DNA of 53,796 nucleotides, taken from Histomonas meleagridis 2922-C6/04-290x (taxonomy: Eukaryota > Protista > Parabasalia). This document shows, piece after piece, positions 8,284 to 18,768 of this stretch. Made by a program: the position numbers and the translations under genes. The stretch covers positions 1-53,796 of the forward strand of contig JAANOX010000077.1 in NCBI GenBank assembly GCA_020184695.1. The letters run 5' to 3'. Position 1 is the stretch's first letter. Every line of letters begins with the position of its first letter. The notes under the pieces were generated by a model. That model had not been told where the DNA came from, searched no databases, and worked only from the letters and a program-made list of their open reading frames with translations.

Positions 8284-9363
8284 TTATTTTTCACTTGATG
8301 TCGCTTTAAAAATAATTGAATGACGATATGGACGGTTTTGATCGAAAATGCAAGAGGGGAAGTGCGGCTTGTTTGGAGAGTCTGGGAAATATTGTGGTTC
8401 TAAACAAAATGCATGCCTAAAATCATTTTCGGTATCTGAATGCTTTCCTTTGAAAGTTTTATCAAGGAAATTCCCTGTGTATAATTGCACACCAGGTAAT
8501 GTAGTGTAAACTTCAAGAGTAATACCGGTTTTATCAGATTTGGCACGAGCAGCAAGTGAAAGCTCACCAAGCGTCTTCTTTCTAAGGACAAAATTATGAT
8601 CATAACCTTTTGCAATTAATAATTGGTTATCATTTGGATCATTGATTCTAGAACTGATGACTGTTGGCTCTGTGAAGTCGAAGTTTGTTCCTTTCACCGG
8701 CCTAACTTCACCAGTTGGAATCATATTCTCGTTTATTGGTGTAATGAAATCAGCAAATATTTGAAGTTTAGCATCAAGAGCATCACAACTACCGCCATTA
8801 AGGTTAAAGAATGCATGATTCGTGATACCAAGGACAGTTGGAGAATCTGTTGTTGCATAAGTATCGATTTTCAATTCATTATTTTCTGTCAATGTGTATT
8901 CTAAATTGACACAAACATTTCCAGGATACCCATTTTCTCCATTTGGTGATAAATGAGAAAGTTGTAAATAATTTGTTTTGTGTTGAATAACATTCCAAAC
9001 TTGATTATGAAATCCTGTGTCACCACTGTGTAAGTTGTTGGGGCCATTGTTTCGAGGCAGTGTGTATTCAGTTCCGTTAAGAAAGAATTTTCCTTCTGCT
9101 ATCCTATTGCAATAGCGTCCAACAATTTGCCCAAAATAAGATGTTGGATTTTCATAGTAAGAAGAAATCGATGGCTGTCCTAGTACAATGTCAACAATTT
9201 TTCCATCTTTATCAGGAAGACAAAATGAAATTATTGTTGCACCGTAGTTTGATATACAAACTTCACAACCATTGTCATTTTTAAGAACATAAAGGTCAAT
9301 ATTTTTACCATTGAGTGTACCTTGAAAATCTTGGATGTTGAGTCCTGATATTGTTTTTGTCAT
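8284..9363 (-). CDS. galM: Aldose 1-epimerase (galactose mutarotase), 359 aa
   Basis: GRYCNRI, NNLHSG, TNHAFFNL, GYDHNF and CLEPQYFPDSPN motifs. The likely start is MTKTISG at 9363; the listed upstream TTG extension looks non-coding. Confidence 0.95.
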   Translation of the reverse strand: MTKTISGLNIQDFQGTLNGKNIDLYVLKNDNGCEVCISNYGATIISFCLPDKDGKIVDIVLGQPSISSYYENPTSYFGQIVGRYCNRIAEGKFFLNGTEYTLPRNNGPNNLHSGDTGFHNQVWNVIQHKTNYLQLSHLSPNGENGYPGNVCVNLEYTLTENNELKIDTYATTDSPTVLGITNHAFFNLNGGSCDALDAKLQIFADFITPINENMIPTGEVRPVKGTNFDFTEPTVISSRINDPNDNQLLIAKGYDHNFVLRKKTLGELSLAARAKSDKTGITLEVYTTLPGVQLYTGNFLDKTFKGKHSDTENDFRHAFCLEPQYFPDSPNKPHFPSCIFDQNRPYRHSIIFKATSSEK

Positions 9364-9593
9364 GTGATGAAAGAAAACCGCAGAAAATATTAAAAAAGTG
9401 AAGTGATTTTTTGTTGGCAAAACTTCAAGAAGGAACAACCTAAGAAAACAGTCAAACAAATTAAATTTCATGTCGAATAATGTTTAAAAAAAATAATAAA
9501 ACACATAAAATTTAATTATAATTTATACTTTGCTGAATCACTCAAAGAAAAAAAATATAATGAAAAAGAAAATAGAATAAAGTTTAAATAAGA

Positions 9594-10010
9594 TTAATTA
9601 CGTTCGCCACGAATGCGTTGTGCAAGTTGAACATCACGTTCCATGATTGTTACACGATTTGCATGAATAGCGCAAAGGTTTGTATCTTCAAAGAGACCAA
9701 CAAGATAAGCTTCAGACGCTTCTTGAAGGGCTGCAATTGCTGATGATTGGAAACGAAGATCACCACGGAAACCAGATGCAATTTCACGAACAAGACGTTG
9801 GAATGGAAGCTTACGGATTAAAAGATCTGTACTCTTTTGATATTTACGAATTTCACGAAGAGCAACTGTACCTGGTCTGAAACGATGTTGCTTCTTGGCA
9901 CCTTGTGAATCAACAACTGGTGTTGACTTACGAGCTGCCTTAGCACCGAGTGATTTACGTGGAGTTTTACCACCAGTAGATTTACGAGCTGTTTGCTTTG
10001 TGCGTGCCAT
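9594..10010 (-). CDS. H3: Histone H3 (trichomonad-type tail)
   Basis: [29 protein letters not shown] and a conserved histone fold. Confidence 0.99.
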   Translation of the reverse strand: MARTKQTARKSTGGKTPRKSLGAKAARKSTPVVDSQGAKKQHRFRPGTVALREIRKYQKSTDLLIRKLPFQRLVREIASGFRGDLRFQSSAIAALQEASEAYLVGLFEDTNLCAIHANRVTIMERDVQLAQRIRGERN

Positions 10011-10016
10011 TAATTA

Positions 10017-10022
10017 AAATGA
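10017..10022 (-). promoter_or_regulatory. Trichomonad initiator (TCATTT) upstream of H3
   Basis: TCATTT ends 6 nt before the ATG and matches the TCA+1YT/A Inr. Similar motifs occur at 18759 (BspA) and 31329 (saposin). Confidence 0.65.
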
Positions 10023-10440
10023 ACTGCAAAACCTCCCCGCCATTCCAACTCCTTCATGTTTAACAAAAAGTAAAAATTACCTTTTAATATTTATTGGAGT
10101 AAAGTGACATTAATCATCAAAACCGTAGCATAAATTTTTTCATTTCTTATTTGATGAGCAACTCATTTAATGAATCTTTCTAGATAAGGACTAAATAACT
10201 GTTTTTATACAAATTGCTCTCTGTACTTTGAATGAATACTTTATTTTTAATCATTTTTAAAGTTTCATATTCATGAATTTATCCAGAAAATTTCCATTTT
10301 TTTCTTTGAAATTTCTCATATCTCATGATAAATTTTTAATGTTAAAAAGATATGATTAATCATAAGTTAAAATGGGTTGAAACAAGGAATAAAGTAAAAC
10401 CGCCAAAATTTCTTACAGGGCACCCTGTAGTTTCTTCAAA

Positions 10441-11391
10441 ATGCCTCCGAGAAAACCCATGGATCTCTCAAAAATTCAGCCACAAATTCGTGTGATGGCT
10501 GCGCAGCTTAATCAACTTCTTCGGAAAGAAAGTCAAGCGGTTGAATTAACAGAACAAATAATAAAATCATCAGTCCTAAGAAAAATGAAAGATGAAATAC
10601 TTAAACAAGCCAAAAAAAATGCGTTGGTAACCAAAAAATTAGGGTTGCTTCAAACTTTCATGAATTCAGTTAATCAGATTAATAATCACATCACTATCCT
10701 TGCATCATCATGGAAGCAACCACCATCTGAACTTCTAATTCCACTTGCTCATGTATGTTTTGTAGCTGACTATATGAAAATTGAATCTTTTGTCAAATTT
10801 AAAGGAACTGTTCTCAAAGATCTTTATGGTGCAGCTGGAATCGCTCAAATATCTTCTCAAATAAATGCTTTAGATGGTTATAAAGAAGCACTTAATGAAA
10901 CAGCCGAAGTCACAGAAAATGAAATAATGGAATGTCTATTGAGTGTTTCTAAAAAGTTTTATCGAAATGATCCAAGCCAAATAGAGCAAGTTATCGGAAA
11001 GAAGCTTGTGATTACAAGTCCTGTTCCTCCAAATAGCCAACCTACAAATCCACAACATTCTCCTCAGGCTCCTCCACAAGTTCCTCCTCAACGAGCCAAC
11101 CTTCCTTCCCATAACCACCAAGCACCAGTTCACCCCCAATCTCCTGCTACTCAATCCCCACCTCCAATAATTCAAAATAATACCCAGCAAGCGCACCTTC
11201 GTCAATCTGTGCCTCCTGCACAGTTTGCACGTATTTATCAGCAAAAAGCGCAGATTGCCAAGCAGCAACAATACAAATCTAAAATCGTCTTCGAGAAAGA
11301 ACCAAATTTGTACCACCCCATAGACCTCCCCATTTTTTCTGAACCTATTTGGGCGGATCTGATGAAAACCGTTAAGGAATCAATTCAATAA
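10441..11391 (+). CDS. 316-aa hypothetical protein, helical N-terminus and P/Q-rich C-terminus
   Basis: Long intact ORF; no family recognised. Confidence 0.85.
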   Translation: MPPRKPMDLSKIQPQIRVMAAQLNQLLRKESQAVELTEQIIKSSVLRKMKDEILKQAKKNALVTKKLGLLQTFMNSVNQINNHITILASSWKQPPSELLIPLAHVCFVADYMKIESFVKFKGTVLKDLYGAAGIAQISSQINALDGYKEALNETAEVTENEIMECLLSVSKKFYRNDPSQIEQVIGKKLVITSPVPPNSQPTNPQHSPQAPPQVPPQRANLPSHNHQAPVHPQSPATQSPPPIIQNNTQQAHLRQSVPPAQFARIYQQKAQIAKQQQYKSKIVFEKEPNLYHPIDLPIFSEPIWADLMKTVKESIQ

Positions 11392-11570
11392 ATGTCATTT
11401 TGAGCTTCTTTATCCCATATAACTTTGAATGAATGAGTAATTCCAGTAAAAGACTTAAGTTTAGTGTGATATAAATGAAAATTTATTTTGCTTGAAAATG
11501 TTTTTTTAACGGTTTCTTTTCTATTTGAATAGTTTATATGTAAAAGTGACTTTCCAAGACAACAAATAAA

Positions 11571-12374
11571 ATGGAATCAAATCTCGAATCGATCAGCATT
11601 TTTTTCCGCAAACAGTATAATAAAATCGAAGATATTTTCTTGGATATGACGCTTGAACTTGCTCATGATTATCTTTTTTTAACACCACATTTTCCAATAT
11701 TTTTTATTATCCAGACAATTTACATTTGCTATATTGTACGTAAATATTCCAACAATAAATCTTGGTATGTAAATATCTTAACATCGGCTTTTATGACCTT
11801 TTTTGGAAGAGTTTTAACAGCATATTTCACAATGAGAAGACCACCCCTATTTGAAAGACAATACTATTTACCAATTTTCTTGCTTATATGGTTTTTAGTT
11901 AATTGTTCTCCATATGATTTCTTTTATTCAATACTTGATCACAAATTTTTAGTTTTATTGTTTCAAATTGCATATGGTTTAATACAGATTCGCGAAACAT
12001 GTCATGGCGTAAATATTGGTTTCCGTGCATTTCCAAATTCTTCTGTAGGCGCCATCCTCATTTCGATTATTTTATCATCGACAGAATCCATTGTTTGGCT
12101 TGTAAACAATGATGGAATCAGACAGTTTTCAGGTAAAGTGTTTATCAAAAATCTTATGGTTTCCATCATCTATTTATTAATTACAAATCAATTCCCATAC
12201 ATCAACAAATATATTGAGCTTAGCAAGGAGGAAGCAGAGATATACTTAACTGTCTTAAACGAAGTAATTGTAATTATTGACTGTATTGCATACGGAATCA
12301 TGGGAACTAATGGAATTGACATTAGCCTCCTGACACATGTAAATAAGATTTTAGAGTATAAAGGAAATCAATAA
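11571..12374 (+). CDS. TRIC/TMEM38-like multi-pass membrane protein
   Basis: Several TM segments. WFLVNCSPYD and IRETCHGVNIGFRAFPNS resemble the TRIC WYLxFYxPFD and KEVxR...GVxHA segments. Confidence 0.65.
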   Translation: MESNLESISIFFRKQYNKIEDIFLDMTLELAHDYLFLTPHFPIFFIIQTIYICYIVRKYSNNKSWYVNILTSAFMTFFGRVLTAYFTMRRPPLFERQYYLPIFLLIWFLVNCSPYDFFYSILDHKFLVLLFQIAYGLIQIRETCHGVNIGFRAFPNSSVGAILISIILSSTESIVWLVNNDGIRQFSGKVFIKNLMVSIIYLLITNQFPYINKYIELSKEEAEIYLTVLNEVIVIIDCIAYGIMGTNGIDISLLTHVNKILEYKGNQ

Positions 12375-13425
12375 AACATATTTTCACAGAGGAAAATTTA
12401 AACTTTTTATAGAAAAAATAGCCATAAAAAATAAGAAGTCTTGTAAGAGGTATTTCAACACAAAACATTTTTTCTTCTTCTTCTTCTATTCTACATGTAA
12501 GCATTCTATGAATTAAAAAATAATTTATTTTTTAAATCAAAAAATTTTATGAACTCGGTTCGAAGATTCTTTTGTTTCGGTTTGCTATTTTTGATGTCAA
12601 AAGATATGAACTGGCAATGTTTGTTCGATATTAAAACATATTTAATCCATTTTTTAACAAATAATTTTGATTGATTAAAAAAAATTAAAATATGAATATG
12701 GCATCAAAATACCCAGTTTTGCATCTTCCTAAGTGGACGAAAAAAATGAAAATTTTCAAAGTGAATTAAAACAAAATTATATTACATTTCCAACATACCA
12801 TATAAATTTGGTAAAAAATCCTATTGTGGGAAATTTTTTGCCTGCAGGTACCTCTGTAAATACTTCTTTTTAAGGAGTACTCCCTGACCTTCAAAGCTGA
12901 GAGAACGTTTATTGGAAACACAGAAAAAACTGCTTTCCTTCGCTTCCTTCCAACTAAAAAAAATCTATTCTAGAAATTTATGAAAGCTTATTCATTATTA
13001 TGATAAAGTATACAAAATATTTTGAATTTTTATTTGGTCGGACAAAAATAAGCAAAAAAAAATTCAAAAAAAAATTTCTTTTAAAACATTATAATAACCA
13101 TACAACTTAGGCTGACCCTCAGTGAATCGTGACTAAATGCCACTCTTACACTTACAGGACCCTAGTTGACAAAATGTCTTCTACATTTGGTCATTAAAAC
13201 TAAAGAGATTTTTTTCTAAATAGTATTTTTTAATTTTAACTCTTTAATTAAAAGGTTTTAAAGTATCAATTTTTAGAAGAGTTTCTGGCTTAATCAACAC
13301 TTTTTCTGCTTACAAATAATTGATAAGTCTACGTCAAAATGACATTTTTTTAATCAGCTTTATTCAAGTATACGGTTTTGACAAATTAGGGCGCCCTTAG
13401 GACGGTTATGGCCTTCCCTTTTCTT

Positions 13426-13827
13426 ATGCAAATCTTCGTAAAGACACTCACTGGAAAACACATTACTCTTGAAGTCGAACCAACTGACCGTATCGAAGAT
13501 GTCAAGTCAAAGATCCAAGACAAGGAAGGAATTCCACCAGATCAACAACGTCTTATTTTTGCAGGCAAGCAATTAGAAGATGGTAACACACTCCAAGATT
13601 ACTCCATTCAGAAAGATTCCACGCTCCACCTTGTTCTTCGTCTCCGTGGAGGTGGTGGTAAAGATAGCTATGAACCATCACTTCGTCTTCTTGCAGAAAA
13701 GACAAATGTTCAACGTAGAATTTGCCGTAAGTGCTATGCTCGTCTTTCTGCTCGTGCAGAACAATGCCGTCACAAGCGTTGTGGACATTGCAAGAAGATT
13801 CGCGCTAAGAAGGCAGGTAAAGATTAA
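13426..13827 (+). CDS. UBA52: Ubiquitin-60S ribosomal protein eL40 fusion
   Basis: Canonical [11 protein letters not shown]...LRLRGG followed by the eL40 zinc knuckle ICRKCYARL...C..H; a CCTTT tract precedes the ATG at 13426. Confidence 0.98.
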   Translation: MQIFVKTLTGKHITLEVEPTDRIEDVKSKIQDKEGIPPDQQRLIFAGKQLEDGNTLQDYSIQKDSTLHLVLRLRGGGGKDSYEPSLRLLAEKTNVQRRICRKCYARLSARAEQCRHKRCGHCKKIRAKKAGKD

Positions 13828-13960
13828 ATTCTAAACATCATCTCAGAACAAAAAAATGTCAATTTATTTTCATACAATTTTTGATTTTTTGTTATTTTCT
13901 TTCAAAAACTTAAAATCGGCACTTTTAACGGCTTTTGGGCCTGAATAAAGAAAAATCAGA

Positions 13961-14446
13961 ATGAAAAGAAAAATAATGTTAATGGCAAAACCTCTCCTCC
14001 CTAGGTCACAATCAGTTCCTAAGAGAGTTCACTTTGCATCATCACCAAAGGTTTATGACGCAAATCCTCAACAATTATTTAAAACCGACCTCTCAATTAG
14101 ACAGTTTTCAGATTCGGCTCCTGAAGAATCACTTCTGAAAACAACGCTGTACGTTCCACCAAAACAAACTAAACCAATTACAAAAATTATGATTTTTGGG
14201 GTATGCGTTTTAATTGTAGTGATTGTTATATCATCAACAGACCCTTATATTTCTAAACACATTTTTAAAAGTAGAATTGATAGAAATATTGAAATGTTTA
14301 AAAAAATGGAAAAAACAAATCATATTTTTTCGATTGAAGAAACCATGAAAGAAAGTATGGTCGCTGATGGGCCCAACGTTGTGGTTCTTTCAATGTCTGT
14401 CGTTATTCTATTTCTTGTTGGTATTATCCTTCGGATTTGGCAATAA
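13961..14446 (+). CDS. 161-aa hypothetical membrane protein (two hydrophobic segments)
   Basis: Intact ORF with IMIFGVCVLIVVIVISS and VVVLSMSVVILFLVGIIL. Confidence 0.7.
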   Translation: MKRKIMLMAKPLLPRSQSVPKRVHFASSPKVYDANPQQLFKTDLSIRQFSDSAPEESLLKTTLYVPPKQTKPITKIMIFGVCVLIVVIVISSTDPYISKHIFKSRIDRNIEMFKKMEKTNHIFSIEETMKESMVADGPNVVVLSMSVVILFLVGIILRIWQ

Positions 14447-14504
14447 TAAAAATATATTAAGTTTCTGTTTTTGTATACAAAATACTTGTTTTTGTCATTG
14501 TGTT

Positions 14505-14995
14505 GAAGCAATTCTAGACTTCGATAACACCATTTTCAGTAAATGAAATCGAAAATGTTCCTTAGATTGAAGCGAATGCATTTATTACTCTGGATAAGAA
14601 GAAACAACAAATTCATTCACAGATATTGCAACAGAAATTGTAATTACAACAAATGTCACTAAAGGAACAGTAATAAATGACTGCACTTTGTTAACAAACA
14701 CATTGACTAAATCAAATGAAATTTCATTTGTTGTTTCGAATTCATTTACTTTTTCATATTCGAAAGAATAATAATATCGATTGAAATAACATTAATGAAA
14801 ACATTGTTTAATACACAAACACTTAATGTTTAGAAAGCAATTGCTTAATCAAGTAATGCACAAGAAATAAAAAGTTACAAAGAAAATCAAAATGAAAGCA
14901 AAAATTCATTTGCAATAGGAGCACCAACAAATAATATTGATTAAAACCCAACCCCAGATGATTTCATAGAAAAAAATTCATTAGTCATATTTAAT
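14505..14995 (+). pseudogene. Degraded 3' remnant of a BspA-like surface-protein gene
   Basis: Broken frames give ECIYYSG*EE...VTKGTVINDC...SNSFTFSYS...PDDFIEKNSL, paralleling ECVYFLGENE...VKGTIIDEC...SNSFT...NDFKEDEF in the intact BspA at 18769. Confidence 0.45.
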
Positions 14996-15431
14996 GTTAA
15001 TCATTTGCTTTGTGATTAAAAAAAAAAATCGGTAAAACTTTTTTGGAATTAAATTTATCATTAAAATTAAAAGTAACAATAATGGATATTATGGATATCC
15101 TTTCAAGATATTTAAATATTGATATTTTTAAGCATATACTATCATTTAGAGACAAATGTTTATGGTAGCACACTGAAAAGATTAAAATAAAGTTTCGAAG
15201 GTATTGATTAGAATCATTCATGCTTTTATCTTGAAGTTAATTTCAAAGAATAATATCCATTTTTGTTGAGCTTTTTACAGTGAAAAAAATTGCAAAATTA
15301 TGTTTTCACTTATCCAAAGTAAACTACTGAAATTATTGTGGGATACGATTAAACTCAACAGTAAAAGCTAAAAATTGAGTCTATCGGCCTTTTCGGTTTT
15401 TGGTGGAATTCCAACGGTTAATAAATCGAAA

Positions 15432-17576
15432 ATGTCAAGATCAAAAGCTACTCATAAACAAATCGAAGTTAACACACCAGAAGATGCTGAGCGTTTAATG
15501 ATGGCTGCTATGAACATGGCAGAAATGCCTGTTGATGTTGATGAGGATGATATTGATGACGTAGATCTTTCAGTTGAAGAAATGCGTGAACTTGGATTCT
15601 CAGAAGATGATATCAAAGAAGCTCTTGCAGAACAAAACAAAAAGAAGCAACCTGCTGCAAAATCGTCTTCGAAGCAACCAGCGACAAAATCATCTCCAAA
15701 AGCAGCGCCAGCTCAAACAAAACCAAAATCAATGCCCAAACATCAACAGATTGAAGTTAACACACCAGAAGATGCTGAACGTTTAATGATGGCTGCTATG
15801 AACATGGCAGAAATGCCTGATGATGTTGATGATGGCGATCTTGATGACGTAGATCTTTCAGTTGAAGAAATGCGTGAACTTGGATTTTCAGAAGATGATA
15901 TTAAAGAAGCACTTGAAGAACAAAAGAAAAAGAAACAAGCTGCAAAAAAGGAAAAAGCACCACCACCCAAACCTCAAGCCCAAGATGCAGCTCCATCTAA
16001 GCAAGCATCGAAATCAAAATCATCAACAAAGTCCACATCAAAGAAACCGACAACCGATAAAAAACCGCCGGTAGAAAAGGGTGCCCCAAAGAAGCACGTT
16101 AAAAAAGAGGAACCTCACGAAATTGACCCCAACTTTCCATATAAGTATTCTGATTCCGAAGAATACGAAAATGTGTTCGAAAACTTCACACAATGTTTCT
16201 ACAATTTGCTCTTGAATACAGATAATCCAGAGATATGTTCAGATTTCTCCGAAAAACTTGAAGAACTTCTTCCTATTATCTGTGATGGACCTGAAGAAGA
16301 GATTCCTGATGTTAACTTATACTCATTTCCAAAATCTCCTGTACTTCCATTTGCAAAATGGAGAAATGTCAAACAAAAAGCTATTACTCCACGTTCTGCA
16401 TTCCAAACTACACAAGATGTAGACAAAGTTCTCAAAGCTCAACAAGACAAATTGGAAACGCTTAAGCAGAAATTTGTTCAAGAAAAGAATAATGTATCTG
16501 CAAAGAAAGTTGACGAAGCTATAGATAAGACAAAGAAATCCAAGCTCAAGCTTCCATCTCCACCGTTCTTAGTACCTAATTACCTTGAACTTGTAGTTAC
16601 TAATGTAAATTTATCTGTTTCTGAAAAAGAGATACAAGTTGGATTTCTTTCTGCTAGTGGATACAAAGGTAAAGGTCCATATCAAATCTGTGTTCGTCTT
16701 CCATCAATATCTTCACAATTTGTAATAAAAGTTGAAGGATCAGATGTAAAGATTAACAAGTCATTAACCTCATCCTCGTTTGATCCCAAGGTTGCATTAA
16801 AGGAAGTCCAACGTACTCGTGCTAAGATATTTCTACAAGGTAAGCAAGCAGAAGGAGCGGAATTTTCGTGCGCTCAATTGCTGAAACAAAACTCATTCAA
16901 AACAAAAGTGACATTCAGCGGCATAACCGTCGAGTTAATGGTCTCAATTCGAGCGCCGATAGAAGAGGGGGTCAAAACCGTTAGAACACTTGAGCAGTAC
17001 TTTGTGTCACCTCTTGTGTTACAATATAAATCAGCGGCACAACAACAAGAAGTCATCAATTTGAATATGGCTAATGCGCCGGCACCTGCGCCTGCACAAG
17101 CTAAGAAACCAGCACAAGCATCTACAAAAGCTCCTCCACAAAAACCTGCAGCTACAACAAAGCCACCAGCTCAAGCACCAGCGAAACCTGCTGCGCCAGC
17201 ACCAGCTGCACCACCACCACAAGAAGAAAAGAAATATTTCATTTTCCCACAAAAAGAAATTGAACAATTTTGGCCAATTACAATTTTGGAAATTTACAAA
17301 GAAGTTCTTGAGAATAACGTCAAAATGTTCCAAGGAGGTGAAGTTCCTCTGCCGCTGAAGAAACAGTTTTTGTACGTCAACAAAAAAATCGAAGATCTCG
17401 TTGGGAAGATTCAATCCGAAGAAATCTCTCAAGAACAATACATTAAGTTGCTAAAGGCATCCATTGCCAGAGAAGTCAAACTTTCCAAGACAATAACTGA
17501 CCAAAATGAAAAAGAAAATATCCTTGGAAAGGTGTACAAAATGATGGAAGAACTCAAAGGTTTTGAGGAACAATAA
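15432..17576 (+). CDS. CC2D1/Lgd-like protein with a duplicated acidic N-terminal domain
   Basis: Likely ATG at 15432; two ~65-aa near-identical repeats; a central beta-rich C2-like region; the C-terminal helical region (KIEDLVGKIQSEEISQEQYIKLLKASIAREVKL...KVYKMMEEL) resembles CC2D1 C-termini. Confidence 0.5.
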   Translation: MSRSKATHKQIEVNTPEDAERLMMAAMNMAEMPVDVDEDDIDDVDLSVEEMRELGFSEDDIKEALAEQNKKKQPAAKSSSKQPATKSSPKAAPAQTKPKSMPKHQQIEVNTPEDAERLMMAAMNMAEMPDDVDDGDLDDVDLSVEEMRELGFSEDDIKEALEEQKKKKQAAKKEKAPPPKPQAQDAAPSKQASKSKSSTKSTSKKPTTDKKPPVEKGAPKKHVKKEEPHEIDPNFPYKYSDSEEYENVFENFTQCFYNLLLNTDNPEICSDFSEKLEELLPIICDGPEEEIPDVNLYSFPKSPVLPFAKWRNVKQKAITPRSAFQTTQDVDKVLKAQQDKLETLKQKFVQEKNNVSAKKVDEAIDKTKKSKLKLPSPPFLVPNYLELVVTNVNLSVSEKEIQVGFLSASGYKGKGPYQICVRLPSISSQFVIKVEGSDVKINKSLTSSSFDPKVALKEVQRTRAKIFLQGKQAEGAEFSCAQLLKQNSFKTKVTFSGITVELMVSIRAPIEEGVKTVRTLEQYFVSPLVLQYKSAAQQQEVINLNMANAPAPAPAQAKKPAQASTKAPPQKPAATTKPPAQAPAKPAAPAPAAPPPQEEKKYFIFPQKEIEQFWPITILEIYKEVLENNVKMFQGGEVPLPLKKQFLYVNKKIEDLVGKIQSEEISQEQYIKLLKASIAREVKLSKTITDQNEKENILGKVYKMMEELKGFEEQ
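15453..15938 (+). repeat. Intragenic tandem duplication, period 288 nt
   Basis: HxQIEVNTPEDAERLMMAAMNMAEMP...SVEEMRELGFSEDDIKEAL occurs twice (15453 and 15741). Confidence 0.9.
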
Positions 17577-17868
17577 ACAATCCACAACAAAACATTTTTT
17601 TAAAAAATGGGTAATCAAAATGAACAACAAAAACATTCGAAAACATAAATTTGTAAATAACTTCGACATTATTGAGATTACAATTTGGACTTCATAGTTG
17701 AACTAAATAAAGGATAAAGTCCCTTTGGTTAGTTACAAAATGAAGTGCTTCATGAAATATCAATAATGATGATTGAAATTATTTATGCAAATAAAATGTT
17801 TTGATGCTTTCGTTGATCATCTGAATCACCCGCCTTAATAGAGTGGGAAAGTAGAAGAGGATATGTAT

Positions 17869-18297
17869 TTACTTGGTAATGGTTAAATGACAGTTTCCAC
17901 AATATAGACGGCCATCTTTATGTTTGGCCATGAAACAACCTTTGCAGTTCTCGCATTCTTTGCGTTGTGGTTCAACTGATCCATCTTTACCGATCTTGAA
18001 TAGTTTAAGAAGCTTCATCTTTTCCTTCTTTCTTGTATGTGGAACCCTTTTCTTTGTTGTGAAGCTCTTCTTCTTCCTCTTCTTCTTTTTACCTCCATCG
18101 ACTTCTGGTAAATCGTAAAGAATCGAGTCTTCAACGATTGAATAATCAGCAAGTGAAAATTCATCGTTTAATTCTTTACCACCGAAAACAAGAAGGCCAT
18201 TAACATCTGCCATAGCCTTGATGTTTTCAATGGAGTCTGAAGATTCAACATCTAAACTAATAAACCTTCCATCCAGCGTCTTCAAGAAGATCTGCAT
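17869..18297 (-). CDS. RPS27A: Divergent ubiquitin-like domain fused to 40S ribosomal protein eS31/S27a
   Basis: 69-aa UBL ending in GG, then KKKKRKKKSFTTKK and the zinc finger CENC...FMAKH...YCGNC. Confidence 0.92.
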   Translation of the reverse strand: MQIFLKTLDGRFISLDVESSDSIENIKAMADVNGLLVFGGKELNDEFSLADYSIVEDSILYDLPEVDGGKKKKRKKKSFTTKKRVPHTRKKEKMKLLKLFKIGKDGSVEPQRKECENCKGCFMAKHKDGRLYCGNCHLTITK

Positions 18298-18768
18298 CGA
18301 AATGTCAATTTTCTACTTTTTCAAAGCCGTGTTGTGGCCGTACTTTTGACTAACTTTGTTTGACTTTCGCCATCATTTTTGCGAAATGATAATCCGTTAG
18401 TTGCAGTTACACATTTTTCAAAAGCATTTCTATATAAATTGAAAAATTGATAAAGTTTTCTGTTGTTACCGTTCTTACCAAAATCCATCTTTCGATTAAA
18501 GCGAATATACGATTTCTAATGCTTATTATATCAATCGTTTGCTTATTAGACAGTGTTGGAACTGACTTTAAATTAAAGTCTCAATACAATGAATTTGTTA
18601 CAAGAAAATCAAATTCTTTAGAAACATTCAAATATAAATTTTTCTTACCCTCTAGCTTTGAATAATAAATACGATGAAAGTTATGACTTATGCAGTAAAC
18701 CATTGTTCAAACTCAGTTGCAATCTTTTTACAAATTATTTTTATTGGCTACTGAATTTTCATTTATTA

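Noticed and set aside
17766-17824. Box C/D snoRNA (ATGATGA...CTGA)
   Set aside because: No terminal stem and no recognisable rRNA-complementary guide; such boxes arise by chance in AT-rich DNA.
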